From contig JAUSAG010000036.1 of NCBI GenBank assembly GCA_030652995.1, forward strand, positions 12,349-76,348: a stretch of DNA of 64,000 nucleotides. Direction: 5' to 3'. The DNA comes from Methylotenera sp. (GTDB taxonomy: Bacteria; Pseudomonadota; Gammaproteobacteria; Burkholderiales; Methylophilaceae). Positions 10,591 to 20,008 of the stretch are shown in pieces. Positions within the stretch are counted from its first letter, which is position 1. Every line of letters begins with the position of its first letter. Below the pieces are notes generated by a model. That model made no database searches and had not been told where the DNA came from. It worked only from the letters and a program-made list of their open reading frames with translations. The translations under genes and the position numbers were made by a program.

Positions 10591-11256
10591 TTATGCCTCT
10601 AAAGCTATGTCAATATAACTATTCACCTCTACTCCATTTTTTTTGGCTGGTATAAACACCAGTTTTTTAACTCGCGCTTCAATTTCCGCATAAAAAATTT
10701 GCTCTGAATTGCTTATATCCAGGTTGACTATCTCGTCTACGCTACCATTTTTATCAATAAAAATTCTTAACTGATATACAACCAACAGTTTATTGGTACT
10801 TGTTTGTATTGGCGGCTCAATACCATAAACTGGTATTGCTGTTATATCAACATCGCTAGGTTTTAAATAATGATTCAGCAGACTATCATTGCTAGAGCCT
10901 AGTTGATTTTGAGCTACCTTAATTACAGGCAACTCTAATTTTTTCTTCAACGGCTTGATTTGATTTTCATGGCTAATTTTTGCCGATGCGTTGATATCGT
11001 CATTATTATTAGCATTCTCAAGATATTGAGAATGCTCCGTTAATGCTAACTCTCTTTCTAACCGCAACAACTTTGGCGGGCTTAAAATTAAAAAACCCAC
11101 CTGAAGCACGTTGTTTTTTCTCAGGCTGGGTTTTGCTAACTCAGTGTCAATATTCTGCTTAGTAAAATTTGTATTGATAGCTAAATTTAAATTAGCTATC
11201 AAAAATACATGGATCAGCACAGACACAAGTACAGCAATTGGTAGCTTGTAACGCAT
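10591..11256 (-). CDS. Hypothetical membrane-anchored protein with TonB C-terminal-like domain
   Basis: N-terminal TM (IAVLVSVLIHVFL) and a C-terminal LRIFIDKNGSVDEI...FIPAKKNGVEV segment resembling TonB_C; AT-rich. Confidence 0.6.
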   Translation of the reverse strand: MRYKLPIAVLVSVLIHVFLIANLNLAINTNFTKQNIDTELAKPSLRKNNVLQVGFLILSPPKLLRLERELALTEHSQYLENANNNDDINASAKISHENQIKPLKKKLELPVIKVAQNQLGSSNDSLLNHYLKPSDVDITAIPVYGIEPPIQTSTNKLLVVYQLRIFIDKNGSVDEIVNLDISNSEQIFYAEIEARVKKLVFIPAKKNGVEVNSYIDIALEA

Positions 11257-11270
11257 TTCTAAAAGATTAA

Positions 11271-14200
11271 TTAATCAGACGTTGGAAGCTCGCGCCAATT
11301 TAATGGAGTAAACCCAGTAGCACTTGATGGATTAACCTGAATACTATCACTATTGCCAGAATCATTACTTATACTTATTCTGCTAGTTGTGTTGCCATCT
11401 TTTCTAAAAAATGAAACATTTGTCGCTAACCCAGTACCTGCATATGATCCAATAATACTTCCACCGCTATTTAAAATTACAGATTTACCCCCCCCATAAG
11501 TCAGTGCATATAGATTATTGTTGCCAGAAGGATTGCATGCATCACCCCCTAATGAATTTGCTGCAAAGGCAACAACACCAGCAGAACTGATCATTTCTAC
11601 ATTGACCCTATACGGTGAAGTTCCATCATTACCTAAGTCTATGTAGTAACCCATTGGTTTTGCACTATTTGCAATTGCCCCGGTTGTGGCTATAGTGCTG
11701 GTGTTGTCAACCATTTGGCTTCGTGTAACGGGAAATGAGCCGTCCATGGGCAAGGTGCTGGCCGTAAACGGCTGAGATTGAGTGCCATCTAAAATAGCAT
11801 AAAAGGATTGTCCTTGAGTACTACTTACATCACTATCAGCCAATATGCGCCCAGTTCCTACAAAAACATAACGTTTTAGAGTGCTCTTATCTACTTCAAT
11901 TAAAGGTGATACGGTAATGGGTTGATTTGAGCCAAAAGCCGCTATTTTGGTAGGTGCTGGAATAGTACTAGCATCTGAAAGATCTAAACGCCACACATTA
12001 CCCAGCGCGTCTCCCGCATACGCTGCATCGGTTAACGAGTCTCTGGCATCAGCAACAAATGCATTCACATGTGCCAAACCCGCATCATTTGCAATTGAAC
12101 CTTCACCCGTTGAAATTTTTTCCAGTAAAGCGCCGGTCTGAGGGTTTACCAAGAAGAAGTAACCCTTACCGTCGTCATTGTTATAGCCAGAAGTTAATAT
12201 TACCGTCCAACCATATTTTTTTGTTTTAACCACTAACGGCGTGTCGTATGTATAGCCCATATCTTCGTGGGTAAACTCCCACAACACTTTACCGGCCAAA
12301 CCAGCTTCGCTAGCAATGCCTGCAGGGTTAGTAACATCTAAGGCATAATAAGCCTTGCCACCTTTTCCTAACCCCCCAATTAAAATTGAATGCCAAGTAT
12401 TGTCGGCAAATTTTACATCTTCAATTGCCGGGGTAGCATCCACAAAATATTTATGGTCGTATGCAGGTTTTGCAAGTGCTCCTATACCGTTATCATAAGG
12501 GGTATTAGTTGGGCCTTCAATGACAGCATTAGGTACATAGGCAAATAACTCATTACCTCCAGCAGGCACTCCATTAAATGCATGCAACATACCATCATTA
12601 GCCCCTACATAAGCCACTGTTGAACGGGCTGTATTTGCAGATTTAAATGCAGGATACCCAGCATTAAACTCCTCGGTATAAGGAGCACGAGGTGGGCCGA
12701 CAGCCACTACTTTGGAGTTCACAATGTCACCTAGAACACTAGTGCGTGTTCTAAAACTTGCTGTGCCTGATGACCCGGTATTACTTGCATCCCCACGCAA
12801 AAAGTTTACTGCATTTGCCTGATCTGCAGGATTCACAGAAAAATTTGACAATATTAAGTTGGCAGGTCTAAATGGCGTTCCTACACAGGTTTGAGTGCCG
12901 TCCGACCCGGCGACACAAGTTGATGTTGCAATTTTTCTAGCGGTATCCCAACCTGTGTCTGCAGCCTGTGCATCTAATTTTGTCGATGCGTTCCATGCAA
13001 TTGTTTCTACTGGTATGTCCCCAGAAAAAGTTACCGTATTGCCCACTACATTGCCGGTCCAAGTATCAGCTTTGTAACTTGTAGCAAAACTCATGGCGCC
13101 TGATATAACGCTTGGACTAGAAACGGCAAAAGTATTAGAAGACCCGGACAATTTGCTTAAAATATCCATAAAAGCATTATCTAAACCAGCCATCATGGCT
13201 GCTGGATTATTGGCTCTATAATAGTTATCTGGGTCATTATCTCCATTTTTATCCCATGTCGCGACAGGTAACGCCACGGTTGGACCTAGGTAAGGGTCAA
13301 ACCCCGTTGGTACATCAAAACCACCAAATTTTGCAGTTAAATAAAATTGATTAAAACGGTTGCTACCATCGTTTCTAAAGCCAGACTCTAGTACATCTAA
13401 CCAATAAGTACTTACAGTTTGCTTCCCGGCAAAGTCTGGACGTATATCACGGGTATGCAAATCATAGGCTATGCCAGCCATGTAATAACGAGCATTGCCA
13501 GCGCCAGTGTTAAAATTACTTAAAGGAGCGGGTGTGCCTTGCAATGCGCCCACTCGATTGGTAGCTACTGCTACATTAAAATTGGTCGGTACTGCCATAT
13601 TAAGACTTCCGTCCCAATCTGCTGTCACCTCTGGCGGAATAGCAGGCTCATTAGCTCCACGTGAGGTACTTCCAGGTAGATTGGCATCATCCCAAGTGTT
13701 GGTGTCCCCAATACCTATAATAAAATTGGCTTGGCAAGCATATTGCACAGGATCGTTCCATGCAGTGATCACAGGGAATCCATCAATCTGCGCAGCGGTC
13801 AGGGCGTTAGTATAGCTCGCTACATTGCCTTTATTTCGATAGTACCGACTGGCGGTATAAACCAACTCGCTTACTGGGTCATAAGACTTATAACCAGATG
13901 CACTTAGGCCAAATTTATTTAAATAATTAATTACACCGCTATTGCTTACACCACTCGCTAAAGCTGTAGCAGGATCAGGATTTGTGTAAAATATCCCTGT
14001 ATTAGCATCCCACTCTGGATTGGGATTCGGCGTATCCGCAGAACCTGGATTAACAACTAATGGGCCTAAAGGGCGCATTTGGGCTCTTAATACACCACCA
14101 TCACGCGCTCTATCACTATGATTTAGATAACCTAGTGCCGCAAAATTTAATTTTTTCGAGTTTTTTTGAATCAAGCCAGTTGGTTTGTAGTTTGTACCAT

Positions 14201-14918
14201 ATTGGGTGCAATTATCTTCAAGCATTCCTGCCACACAAACTTGAGATCGTGCATAAAACTCATATATATCGTTGTTATTAACAACCCCAGGAATATTAGG
14301 ATTAGCTGCAGTACCAATTTCCGTTCCCGCATTACCTAGATTACCCGAAAGAGTAATACGAAATTTTTTACCAAGAGCACCAATTCTTACATTTACTGAT
14401 GCCCATGGAAAAGGCGTATATAAATTAGCATTAGCTGCAATTGAGGATGGATTATTTGTTCCTGAACCAATGACTGATCCGTAAGCTTTTTCCAGCACGG
14501 TCAAGGCCATCGTGTCAACGCTTCTATGACCACCAGTCAAGGCTTTTCTTAACGGGTCAATGGTTTGTGTTAATGCGTAGTTAAGAAAGTTACCGCTCCA
14601 CATATTGGTACATTGATGATTAGTGGCCAAGCCAACCGGCTCAAAATACCGCAACTCTGAATCAGTTGCATGCCCATGATAGACATAACATTTTTTATTA
14701 TCAAAATACCCAATATAGTCATCTGCGTTGTTATATGACGCATTTCTGTAAGATGACCCTACAGCCGTCGGGAACTCAGCGGATATGGTAATGGCCACAT
14801 TCCCTTGCACTGAGTTGCCTGTTAATATCGGTTTATCTGCTAAGTCTGTCGCCGCCACAGAGAGCAATGGAAGCGCTAATGTAGATAATGCGAGTAGTTT
14901 TCCAATATGCTTAAACAT
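11271..14918 (-). CDS. pilY1: Type IV pilus adhesin PilY1/PilC
   Basis: Signal peptide (MFKHIGKLLALSTLALPLLSVA) and a C-terminal PilY1 beta-propeller (YVGANDGMLHAF, YFVDATP, GGLGKGGK, LWEFT, AYAGD..GNVWR, GTGR). The track start at 15023 overlaps pilX, so ATG at 14918 was chosen. Confidence 0.92.
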   Translation of the reverse strand: MFKHIGKLLALSTLALPLLSVAATDLADKPILTGNSVQGNVAITISAEFPTAVGSSYRNASYNNADDYIGYFDNKKCYVYHGHATDSELRYFEPVGLATNHQCTNMWSGNFLNYALTQTIDPLRKALTGGHRSVDTMALTVLEKAYGSVIGSGTNNPSSIAANANLYTPFPWASVNVRIGALGKKFRITLSGNLGNAGTEIGTAANPNIPGVVNNNDIYEFYARSQVCVAGMLEDNCTQYGTNYKPTGLIQKNSKKLNFAALGYLNHSDRARDGGVLRAQMRPLGPLVVNPGSADTPNPNPEWDANTGIFYTNPDPATALASGVSNSGVINYLNKFGLSASGYKSYDPVSELVYTASRYYRNKGNVASYTNALTAAQIDGFPVITAWNDPVQYACQANFIIGIGDTNTWDDANLPGSTSRGANEPAIPPEVTADWDGSLNMAVPTNFNVAVATNRVGALQGTPAPLSNFNTGAGNARYYMAGIAYDLHTRDIRPDFAGKQTVSTYWLDVLESGFRNDGSNRFNQFYLTAKFGGFDVPTGFDPYLGPTVALPVATWDKNGDNDPDNYYRANNPAAMMAGLDNAFMDILSKLSGSSNTFAVSSPSVISGAMSFATSYKADTWTGNVVGNTVTFSGDIPVETIAWNASTKLDAQAADTGWDTARKIATSTCVAGSDGTQTCVGTPFRPANLILSNFSVNPADQANAVNFLRGDASNTGSSGTASFRTRTSVLGDIVNSKVVAVGPPRAPYTEEFNAGYPAFKSANTARSTVAYVGANDGMLHAFNGVPAGGNELFAYVPNAVIEGPTNTPYDNGIGALAKPAYDHKYFVDATPAIEDVKFADNTWHSILIGGLGKGGKAYYALDVTNPAGIASEAGLAGKVLWEFTHEDMGYTYDTPLVVKTKKYGWTVILTSGYNNDDGKGYFFLVNPQTGALLEKISTGEGSIANDAGLAHVNAFVADARDSLTDAAYAGDALGNVWRLDLSDASTIPAPTKIAAFGSNQPITVSPLIEVDKSTLKRYVFVGTGRILADSDVSSTQGQSFYAILDGTQSQPFTASTLPMDGSFPVTRSQMVDNTSTIATTGAIANSAKPMGYYIDLGNDGTSPYRVNVEMISSAGVVAFAANSLGGDACNPSGNNNLYALTYGGGKSVILNSGGSIIGSYAGTGLATNVSFFRKDGNTTSRISISNDSGNSDSIQVNPSSATGFTPLNWRELPTSD

Positions 14919-14940
14919 AATATTCTCGATATAAAACAAT

Positions 14941-15549
14941 TTAAAAAGTGAAAGTTGACTGCATAAATGCTTCTGTATTTTTAGGGCCTGTTGCTCGTAT
15001 ACTAATTCTGTAAACCACGCCATCCTCGCCGGAAAGCTTGCCTAAAATTTGTTTTTTACCCCCCCCTAAGTCAGTGCCTGCCTTACTAATAGTGCAGTTG
15101 CTGGGTGAAATTTCGCCAGTCGCTAAACACATGCGGTCAACGACATAACGAATGGTAATGCCACCAGCCGTATAAGCAATGTTGTTATTGGGCATCGTAC
15201 TGTCAAAAGTAGTTGTGTTCAGCAAGACATTGGGAATACCTAATGCATTGCTAGGTTGAATTGTTGCGTAGTAATTATCATTCACTACACTATCCACTTG
15301 TTTTGAGGCGCTTGTTGATAAGGTGCCTGCTGTAAACTTTGCTCTAATGCTGGGCATGCTTCTTTCAGCCTGATTCACCACATCTCTTTTAAACGCTAAA
15401 CTACCGGATATTAAAAGGTTGGTATCAGTAGAACGAATTAAAGCAACACTGGCAATCAGCATAATCACTAATGCGACCAGTGTAATAAAAAGTACCACGC
15501 CTGATTGCTTAGTGGCATTTGGTAAATTATTTTTTTGTAAATTAGTCAT
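14941..15549 (-). CDS. pilX: Type IV minor pilin PilX
   Basis: Prepilin-like SG|VVLFITLVALVIM lacking E5, and C-terminal YRISIRATGPKNTEAFMQS; operon position. Confidence 0.85.
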   Translation of the reverse strand: MTNLQKNNLPNATKQSGVVLFITLVALVIMLIASVALIRSTDTNLLISGSLAFKRDVVNQAERSMPSIRAKFTAGTLSTSASKQVDSVVNDNYYATIQPSNALGIPNVLLNTTTFDSTMPNNNIAYTAGGITIRYVVDRMCLATGEISPSNCTISKAGTDLGGGKKQILGKLSGEDGVVYRISIRATGPKNTEAFMQSTFTF

Positions 15550-15605
15550 AGTTGTAGTATTTTTTAAAATGTCGATTGCTCAATAAACTTTAATAGTGAC
15601 GTAGC

Positions 15606-16793
15606 CTATTTCAACATCAATGTATTGCGTAGCGGAATCACCGCTTCAAAACTACGATAGCGGAAAGTAGTGGGGGCTAAATTAACGGTTACTGGAGCCG
15701 CAGTATCCCCAAATAACTGTAGTGTTGTAGCACTGACCGTTTCACGTTCCAGCAAGGCGGTACGCATCACTACACCAATCTTAATCGCTTTAATTCTTTT
15801 TAAGCTTGTAGCTGCGGCTAATGTTCCCGCAAGCAAAGTAGCCGATGAAAATGTGCCTGTTGGGGCAACCCATGTTAATGATGACGTAGCAGGGCTTGTA
15901 TCCACTCCATAAAGTGCATGCATTTGATAAACATCATCTACATAAACACTAGGGTTAGGATTCGCCGCGGTTGTAGTAGTTTGCCTATTTTGCATTAGGT
16001 CATATTTCATCAAAGTGTTATTGGCACCCACTGCAAACATATTAAGATTAGGCGCCTGTCCCAAATTAATAACCTGTGAAGTTGTTGTGAAGTCTGCAAC
16101 AGAGCGTAAATTGACCGTGGCAGTATAGTAAGATCCGCCTAAACCAACATTACTACCGCCAGCTATCGGATTAAAAGTTGAGGCAACTTGTTGTACTAAA
16201 CAAGGTGAAACACTCGCGGCAGGTTTATCCGCCAGCAAGACCACGTCGTTAGCACGAACGCCCGCATGGTTCACCAATTTAAGTGTTGCTACAGTAGGTG
16301 ATGCTGAAAAACTAGTAGGAGACTCTCCCAAACCTGCATTACCCGACATGGTGACTATCACGTCCCCACCCACCCCTGCAGCACCGTCATATATAATTAC
16401 GGGCGCCACTCTAACTGTGGCGCTTACCGCGTTAAAGGGTGTCGGAAAAGCTACGGTAGCTGGAATGAGCTGTGTACCGCCCAATGCCATGTCAAGCCTG
16501 CATCCAAAAGCATAATCAGCACCCACTTTGTCACCGCCTCCTGTAAAGCCACTGCCGGCACTTCTTACAAGCTTATCTAATTGATAAATTGTATAACTAC
16601 CTGCTTGATTAATGTCGTTTAAAGACGTTGTGGTTCTTTTTCTACCTTCGTTAACGTTCAATACGTTATAAACCACTAAAGACATGAGTAAGCCTATGAC
16701 CAAACCCACCATAAGCTCAATAAGAGAAAATCCCTTTTGTTTTACGGAATGCCACTTAAGTAATTGTGTGTCGTATAGGGTTTTCATTAACAT
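15606..16793 (-). CDS. pilW: Type IV minor pilin PilW
   Basis: KG|FSLIELMVGLVIG prepilin motif and C-terminal FRYRSFEAVIPLRN. Confidence 0.88.
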   Translation of the reverse strand: MLMKTLYDTQLLKWHSVKQKGFSLIELMVGLVIGLLMSLVVYNVLNVNEGRKRTTTSLNDINQAGSYTIYQLDKLVRSAGSGFTGGGDKVGADYAFGCRLDMALGGTQLIPATVAFPTPFNAVSATVRVAPVIIYDGAAGVGGDVIVTMSGNAGLGESPTSFSASPTVATLKLVNHAGVRANDVVLLADKPAASVSPCLVQQVASTFNPIAGGSNVGLGGSYYTATVNLRSVADFTTTSQVINLGQAPNLNMFAVGANNTLMKYDLMQNRQTTTTAANPNPSVYVDDVYQMHALYGVDTSPATSSLTWVAPTGTFSSATLLAGTLAAATSLKRIKAIKIGVVMRTALLERETVSATTLQLFGDTAAPVTVNLAPTTFRYRSFEAVIPLRNTLMLK

Positions 16794-16859
16794 TAAATTC
16801 CTAATTCATCTCTCGTTTTTTATTACTTGATCTGTAGCGTTTACTGCCTAGCTCAATCA

Positions 16860-17267
16860 TTATTGAACAAATACACTAGTCTCATATTTACTTGCATTAT
16901 CAGTACCAAGCTTAGTTGGTGCTTTCCACGTCACCGTCACCGTTGCAAGACCGGCAACCTCAGTCACATCACCAGCGGCGTTAGATAATATTGAGTTTTG
17001 CACCTTCAACTTCCAAGCAGTAATGTCTCCAGATATTGCCGCTGAAGCAATAGTACTGGTTTTTTTAGCCCACATTTGAGACACCATATCATTAGCTAAA
17101 ATTGATGCAACGGCTCGGTCTTGAGAATTAATTGAGTTCTGAGTTGCAACTGCTTGCATCCCTACTAAACCCAATACACCAAAAGCAAAAAGGAGGGTGG
17201 AAATTAGCACTTCTAATAACACCGCACCTGAATTTTTTTTTCTTAACCTGCTGTATTTATTAGTCAT
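16860..17267 (-). CDS. pilV: Type IV minor pilin PilV
   Basis: SG|AVLLEVLISTLLFAFGVLGLVGMQA motif. Confidence 0.87.
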   Translation of the reverse strand: MTNKYSRLRKKNSGAVLLEVLISTLLFAFGVLGLVGMQAVATQNSINSQDRAVASILANDMVSQMWAKKTSTIASAAISGDITAWKLKVQNSILSNAAGDVTEVAGLATVTVTWKAPTKLGTDNASKYETSVFVQ

Positions 17268-17268
17268 A

Positions 17269-17811
17269 TCAACACCCGTCCGCTGCAGTTGCTAAGCTTT
17301 TATTTGGATCACACATCCTGACCCCCCCTGAACTAGAGACAACAACCCTTAATGCTCTAGCTCCTTTTGGATTAGTAATGTTATAAGTAACCAAGCTTGG
17401 GCTGTTTGTAAGCCTGCCTATAGCGTTAAATCTTATTTCTGCTGTCGATGCAGTAACAATAACGCTACCGCCCTCACTATTCAACACCGCACCTTGTATG
17501 TAACCGTCGGCATCGGCCTGAGTTGGAACAACCACTCTTACACCCCAGTTGCTACCCGTTACTGTGGCCGCAGCAGTAGATGAGGGTTGCACATTAGTAA
17601 CGAAAAAGGCAACCTGACGCCCTTTATTAACCGCCTCTGCTTGAGCAAGCCGAATACCGTTTTGTAATGACTCGGTAATTGTTCTTGTTTTAGCGTCTTG
17701 AATCCAGGTAGAAAAACTAGGCATTGCAAAAGCCATAATGATGCCAAAGACTAAAACCGCGATCATCAACTCAATTAACGAAAAGCCTAAATTTTTATTT
17801 ATTTTTTTCAT
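17269..17811 (-). CDS. fimT: GspH/FimT family minor pilin
   Basis: LG|FSLIELMIAV, LRLAQAEA-like GIRLAQAEA, FNAIGR and C-terminal GGVRMCDP. ATG at 17811. Confidence 0.85.
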   Translation of the reverse strand: MKKINKNLGFSLIELMIAVLVFGIIMAFAMPSFSTWIQDAKTRTITESLQNGIRLAQAEAVNKGRQVAFFVTNVQPSSTAAATVTGSNWGVRVVVPTQADADGYIQGAVLNSEGGSVIVTASTAEIRFNAIGRLTNSPSLVTYNITNPKGARALRVVVSSSGGVRMCDPNKSLATAADGC

Positions 17812-17821
17812 AATTTTTTGA

Positions 17822-18283
17822 TTAACAAGTTGCACCTTTTTTCATTAACCAACATGCTGCAGGGGTAGTACCCCAGCCAGTCTTTACTCCTGTTGTACGT
17901 TGTGTATTTGCCTGATCAATGGTGTATATGAAGTCAGAGACGATGCCGCTACCTGTAGCAGTAATGGTATATGTAGCTGCTGTTAAGTTTGAACATGCAA
18001 AACTGAACTTGCCCGCATTTGTGATTGCCGCACATGGAGATGTAAAAGCACCTACTGTTTGATAATCACGGTTATCTTGAAAATGCTGCTCTAACTTTGC
18101 CCGAGTTGCTGAGAGTGTGCTGGTGGCATCAGGCAAACTCGCCCTTATTATGTAATCTGTATAAGCAGGAATAGCAATGCTAGCCAAAATACCAATAATC
18201 GCTACGACTATTAAGAGTTCTATCAGTGTAAAGCCTTTAGATCGAGCCCAATTCTTACGTTGAAAATTTGCTAGGTTACACAT
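17822..18283 (-). CDS. pilE: Type IV minor pilin PilE
   Basis: KG|FTLIELLIVVAIIGILASIAIPAY, LEQHFQDNR, YTITATG and C-terminal CW..K.G..C. Confidence 0.88.
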   Translation of the reverse strand: MCNLANFQRKNWARSKGFTLIELLIVVAIIGILASIAIPAYTDYIIRASLPDATSTLSATRAKLEQHFQDNRDYQTVGAFTSPCAAITNAGKFSFACSNLTAATYTITATGSGIVSDFIYTIDQANTQRTTGVKTGWGTTPAACWLMKKGATC

Positions 18284-18348
18284 TTTATTTCCCCTTTTTA
18301 CTTAATATGGATAATGCCCTTGGTGAGTGGCGATGTCTATTGCCAACC

Positions 18349-18379
18349 GATAGTCGGTAATTTTTACTGAATGAGCGGT
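18349..18379 (-). promoter_or_regulatory. Candidate LytTR/AlgR-type direct repeats upstream of the pilE operon
   Basis: On the minus strand, ACCGCTCATT and ACCGACTATC repeat with a 21-bp period and resemble the AlgR site ACCGTTCGTC. Confidence 0.35.
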
Positions 18380-18487
18380 TAGCCTGGCTACTATAGGTGG
18401 AGCGTAAAGTACACCATTACAAAACAATGGTAGAATAAACCCAATTTTCAACACTCCCTACTAATCGTTTGTTCACCATCATTTTCT

Positions 18488-18616
18488 ATGAAAATATCAC
18501 CCAAAAAAATCATGACGTTATTGCTCGTAAGTTATATTCTAACGGCATGCGGCACTAAAGGGCCGCTTTATATTCCTGAGCAGCAGTATCCGCAACCAAC
18601 GCCGACCGGCAAATAG
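18488..18616 (+). CDS. lptM: Small lipoprotein LptM (YifL/LppL family)
   Basis: 42-aa ORF not in the track: MKISPKKIMTLLLVSYILTACGTKGPLYIPEQQYPQPTPTGK. Lipobox LTAC followed by G.KGPLY.P; canonical position before lysA. Confidence 0.9.
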   Translation: MKISPKKIMTLLLVSYILTACGTKGPLYIPEQQYPQPTPTGK

Positions 18617-18648
18617 AACCTGCACCATTCAATCTTTAAATGGCTTAA

Positions 18649-19908
18649 GTGATGACCTTGAATACCTTTACGCTTAAAAACAATACGCTACATGCTGAAA
18701 ACGTAGCGCTTAATAATATTGCCAGTGAGTTTGGCACGCCTTGTTATGTATATTCTAAATCTGCATTGACGCAAGCATTTGCGCGCTTTAGTGCTGGTTT
18801 TAAAGATGCGAACCATTTGGTATGCTTTGCGGTTAAATCCAACCCAAGCCTTGCTATTTTGAACCTGTTTGCCAAGCTTGGCGCAGGGTTTGATATCGTG
18901 TCTGGCGGTGAGCTAGCGCGTGTTTTAGCCGCAGGGGGCGACCCGAAAAAAATCGTGTTCTCGGGCGTGGGTAAAACTGAAGTTGAAATGCAAGCGGCAT
19001 TAAATGCGGGTATTTTTTGCTTTAACGTAGAGTCAGTCAGTGAGTTGCTACGTTTAAATGATGTGGCTAACTTTATGGGTAAAGTGGCGCCAGTATCTCT
19101 ACGTGTAAACCCCAATGTGGATGCCAAAACGCACCCTTATATTTCTACCGGCTTAAAAAATAATAAATTCGGTGTGGCATATGAAGACGCACTGGACATT
19201 TATTTGCAAGCGGCGGCCATGCCTAACATTGCGGTACATGGTGTGGATTGCCATATTGGCTCGCAAATTACTGAGTTATCGCCATTTTTAGATGCGTTTG
19301 ACCGCGTATTGGCGCTGGTTGATGCGCTGGAACAACATGGTATTCATATTCAGCACATTGATGCGGGTGGCGGCATAGGCATTTGTTATAACGATGAAAC
19401 GCCGCCAGCATTTGATGATTACGCTACTGCAATGTTGGCAAAACTAGGTGAGCGTAACATTAAGTTAGTGTTTGAACCAGGCCGCGCCTTAGTTGGCAAT
19501 GCGGGGGTTTTGCTGACCAAGGTTGAATACTTAAAACAAACTGAATCAAAGAATTTTGCCATTGTAGATGCGGCAATGAACGATTTGATGCGCCCCGCGC
19601 TATACGATGCGTATCATGCAATACAAGCGGTACAACCCCGCGATGCTGATACCGTTAACTATGAAATCGTAGGCCCTGTATGTGAAAGTGGTGACTTTTT
19701 AGGCCACGACAGAATGCTGGCACTGCAAGAAGGGGATTTGTTGGCGATTATGTCTGCAGGTGCTTATGGCATGAGCATGGCTAGCAATTACAACACTAGG
19801 CCGCGCGCGGCTGAGGTGATGGTGGATGGCGACCAAACCCACCTTATTCGGGAGCGAGAGAAAATTGCCGATTTGTTCGCGTTAGAAAAAATACTGCCAG
19901 AAGCTTAA
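18649..19908 (+). CDS. lysA: Diaminopimelate decarboxylase
   Basis: FAVKSN (PLP Lys), DIVSGGEL, HIGSQ, EPGR, GPVCESGD and SNYNTRPR motifs. Confidence 0.97.
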   Translation: MMTLNTFTLKNNTLHAENVALNNIASEFGTPCYVYSKSALTQAFARFSAGFKDANHLVCFAVKSNPSLAILNLFAKLGAGFDIVSGGELARVLAAGGDPKKIVFSGVGKTEVEMQAALNAGIFCFNVESVSELLRLNDVANFMGKVAPVSLRVNPNVDAKTHPYISTGLKNNKFGVAYEDALDIYLQAAAMPNIAVHGVDCHIGSQITELSPFLDAFDRVLALVDALEQHGIHIQHIDAGGGIGICYNDETPPAFDDYATAMLAKLGERNIKLVFEPGRALVGNAGVLLTKVEYLKQTESKNFAIVDAAMNDLMRPALYDAYHAIQAVQPRDADTVNYEIVGPVCESGDFLGHDRMLALQEGDLLAIMSAGAYGMSMASNYNTRPRAAEVMVDGDQTHLIREREKIADLFALEKILPEA

Positions 19909-19924
19909 CGCCGACATTAATCAA

Positions 19925-19997
19925 GTAGCCTCAATTCCACTGCGTTGCATCGGGGCTACAAGCTAAATAATCCGAGTTCCCTGAGACTGTCGAAGGG
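19925..19997. repeat. REP-like palindromes between convergent lysA and purU
   Basis: GTAGCCTCAATTCCACTGCGTTGCATCGGGGCTAC (19925-19959, GTAG...CTAC imperfect palindrome), then CCCTGAGACTGTCGAAGGG (19979-19997). Confidence 0.6.
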
Positions 19998-20008
19998 CGA
20001 GTAAAAAG

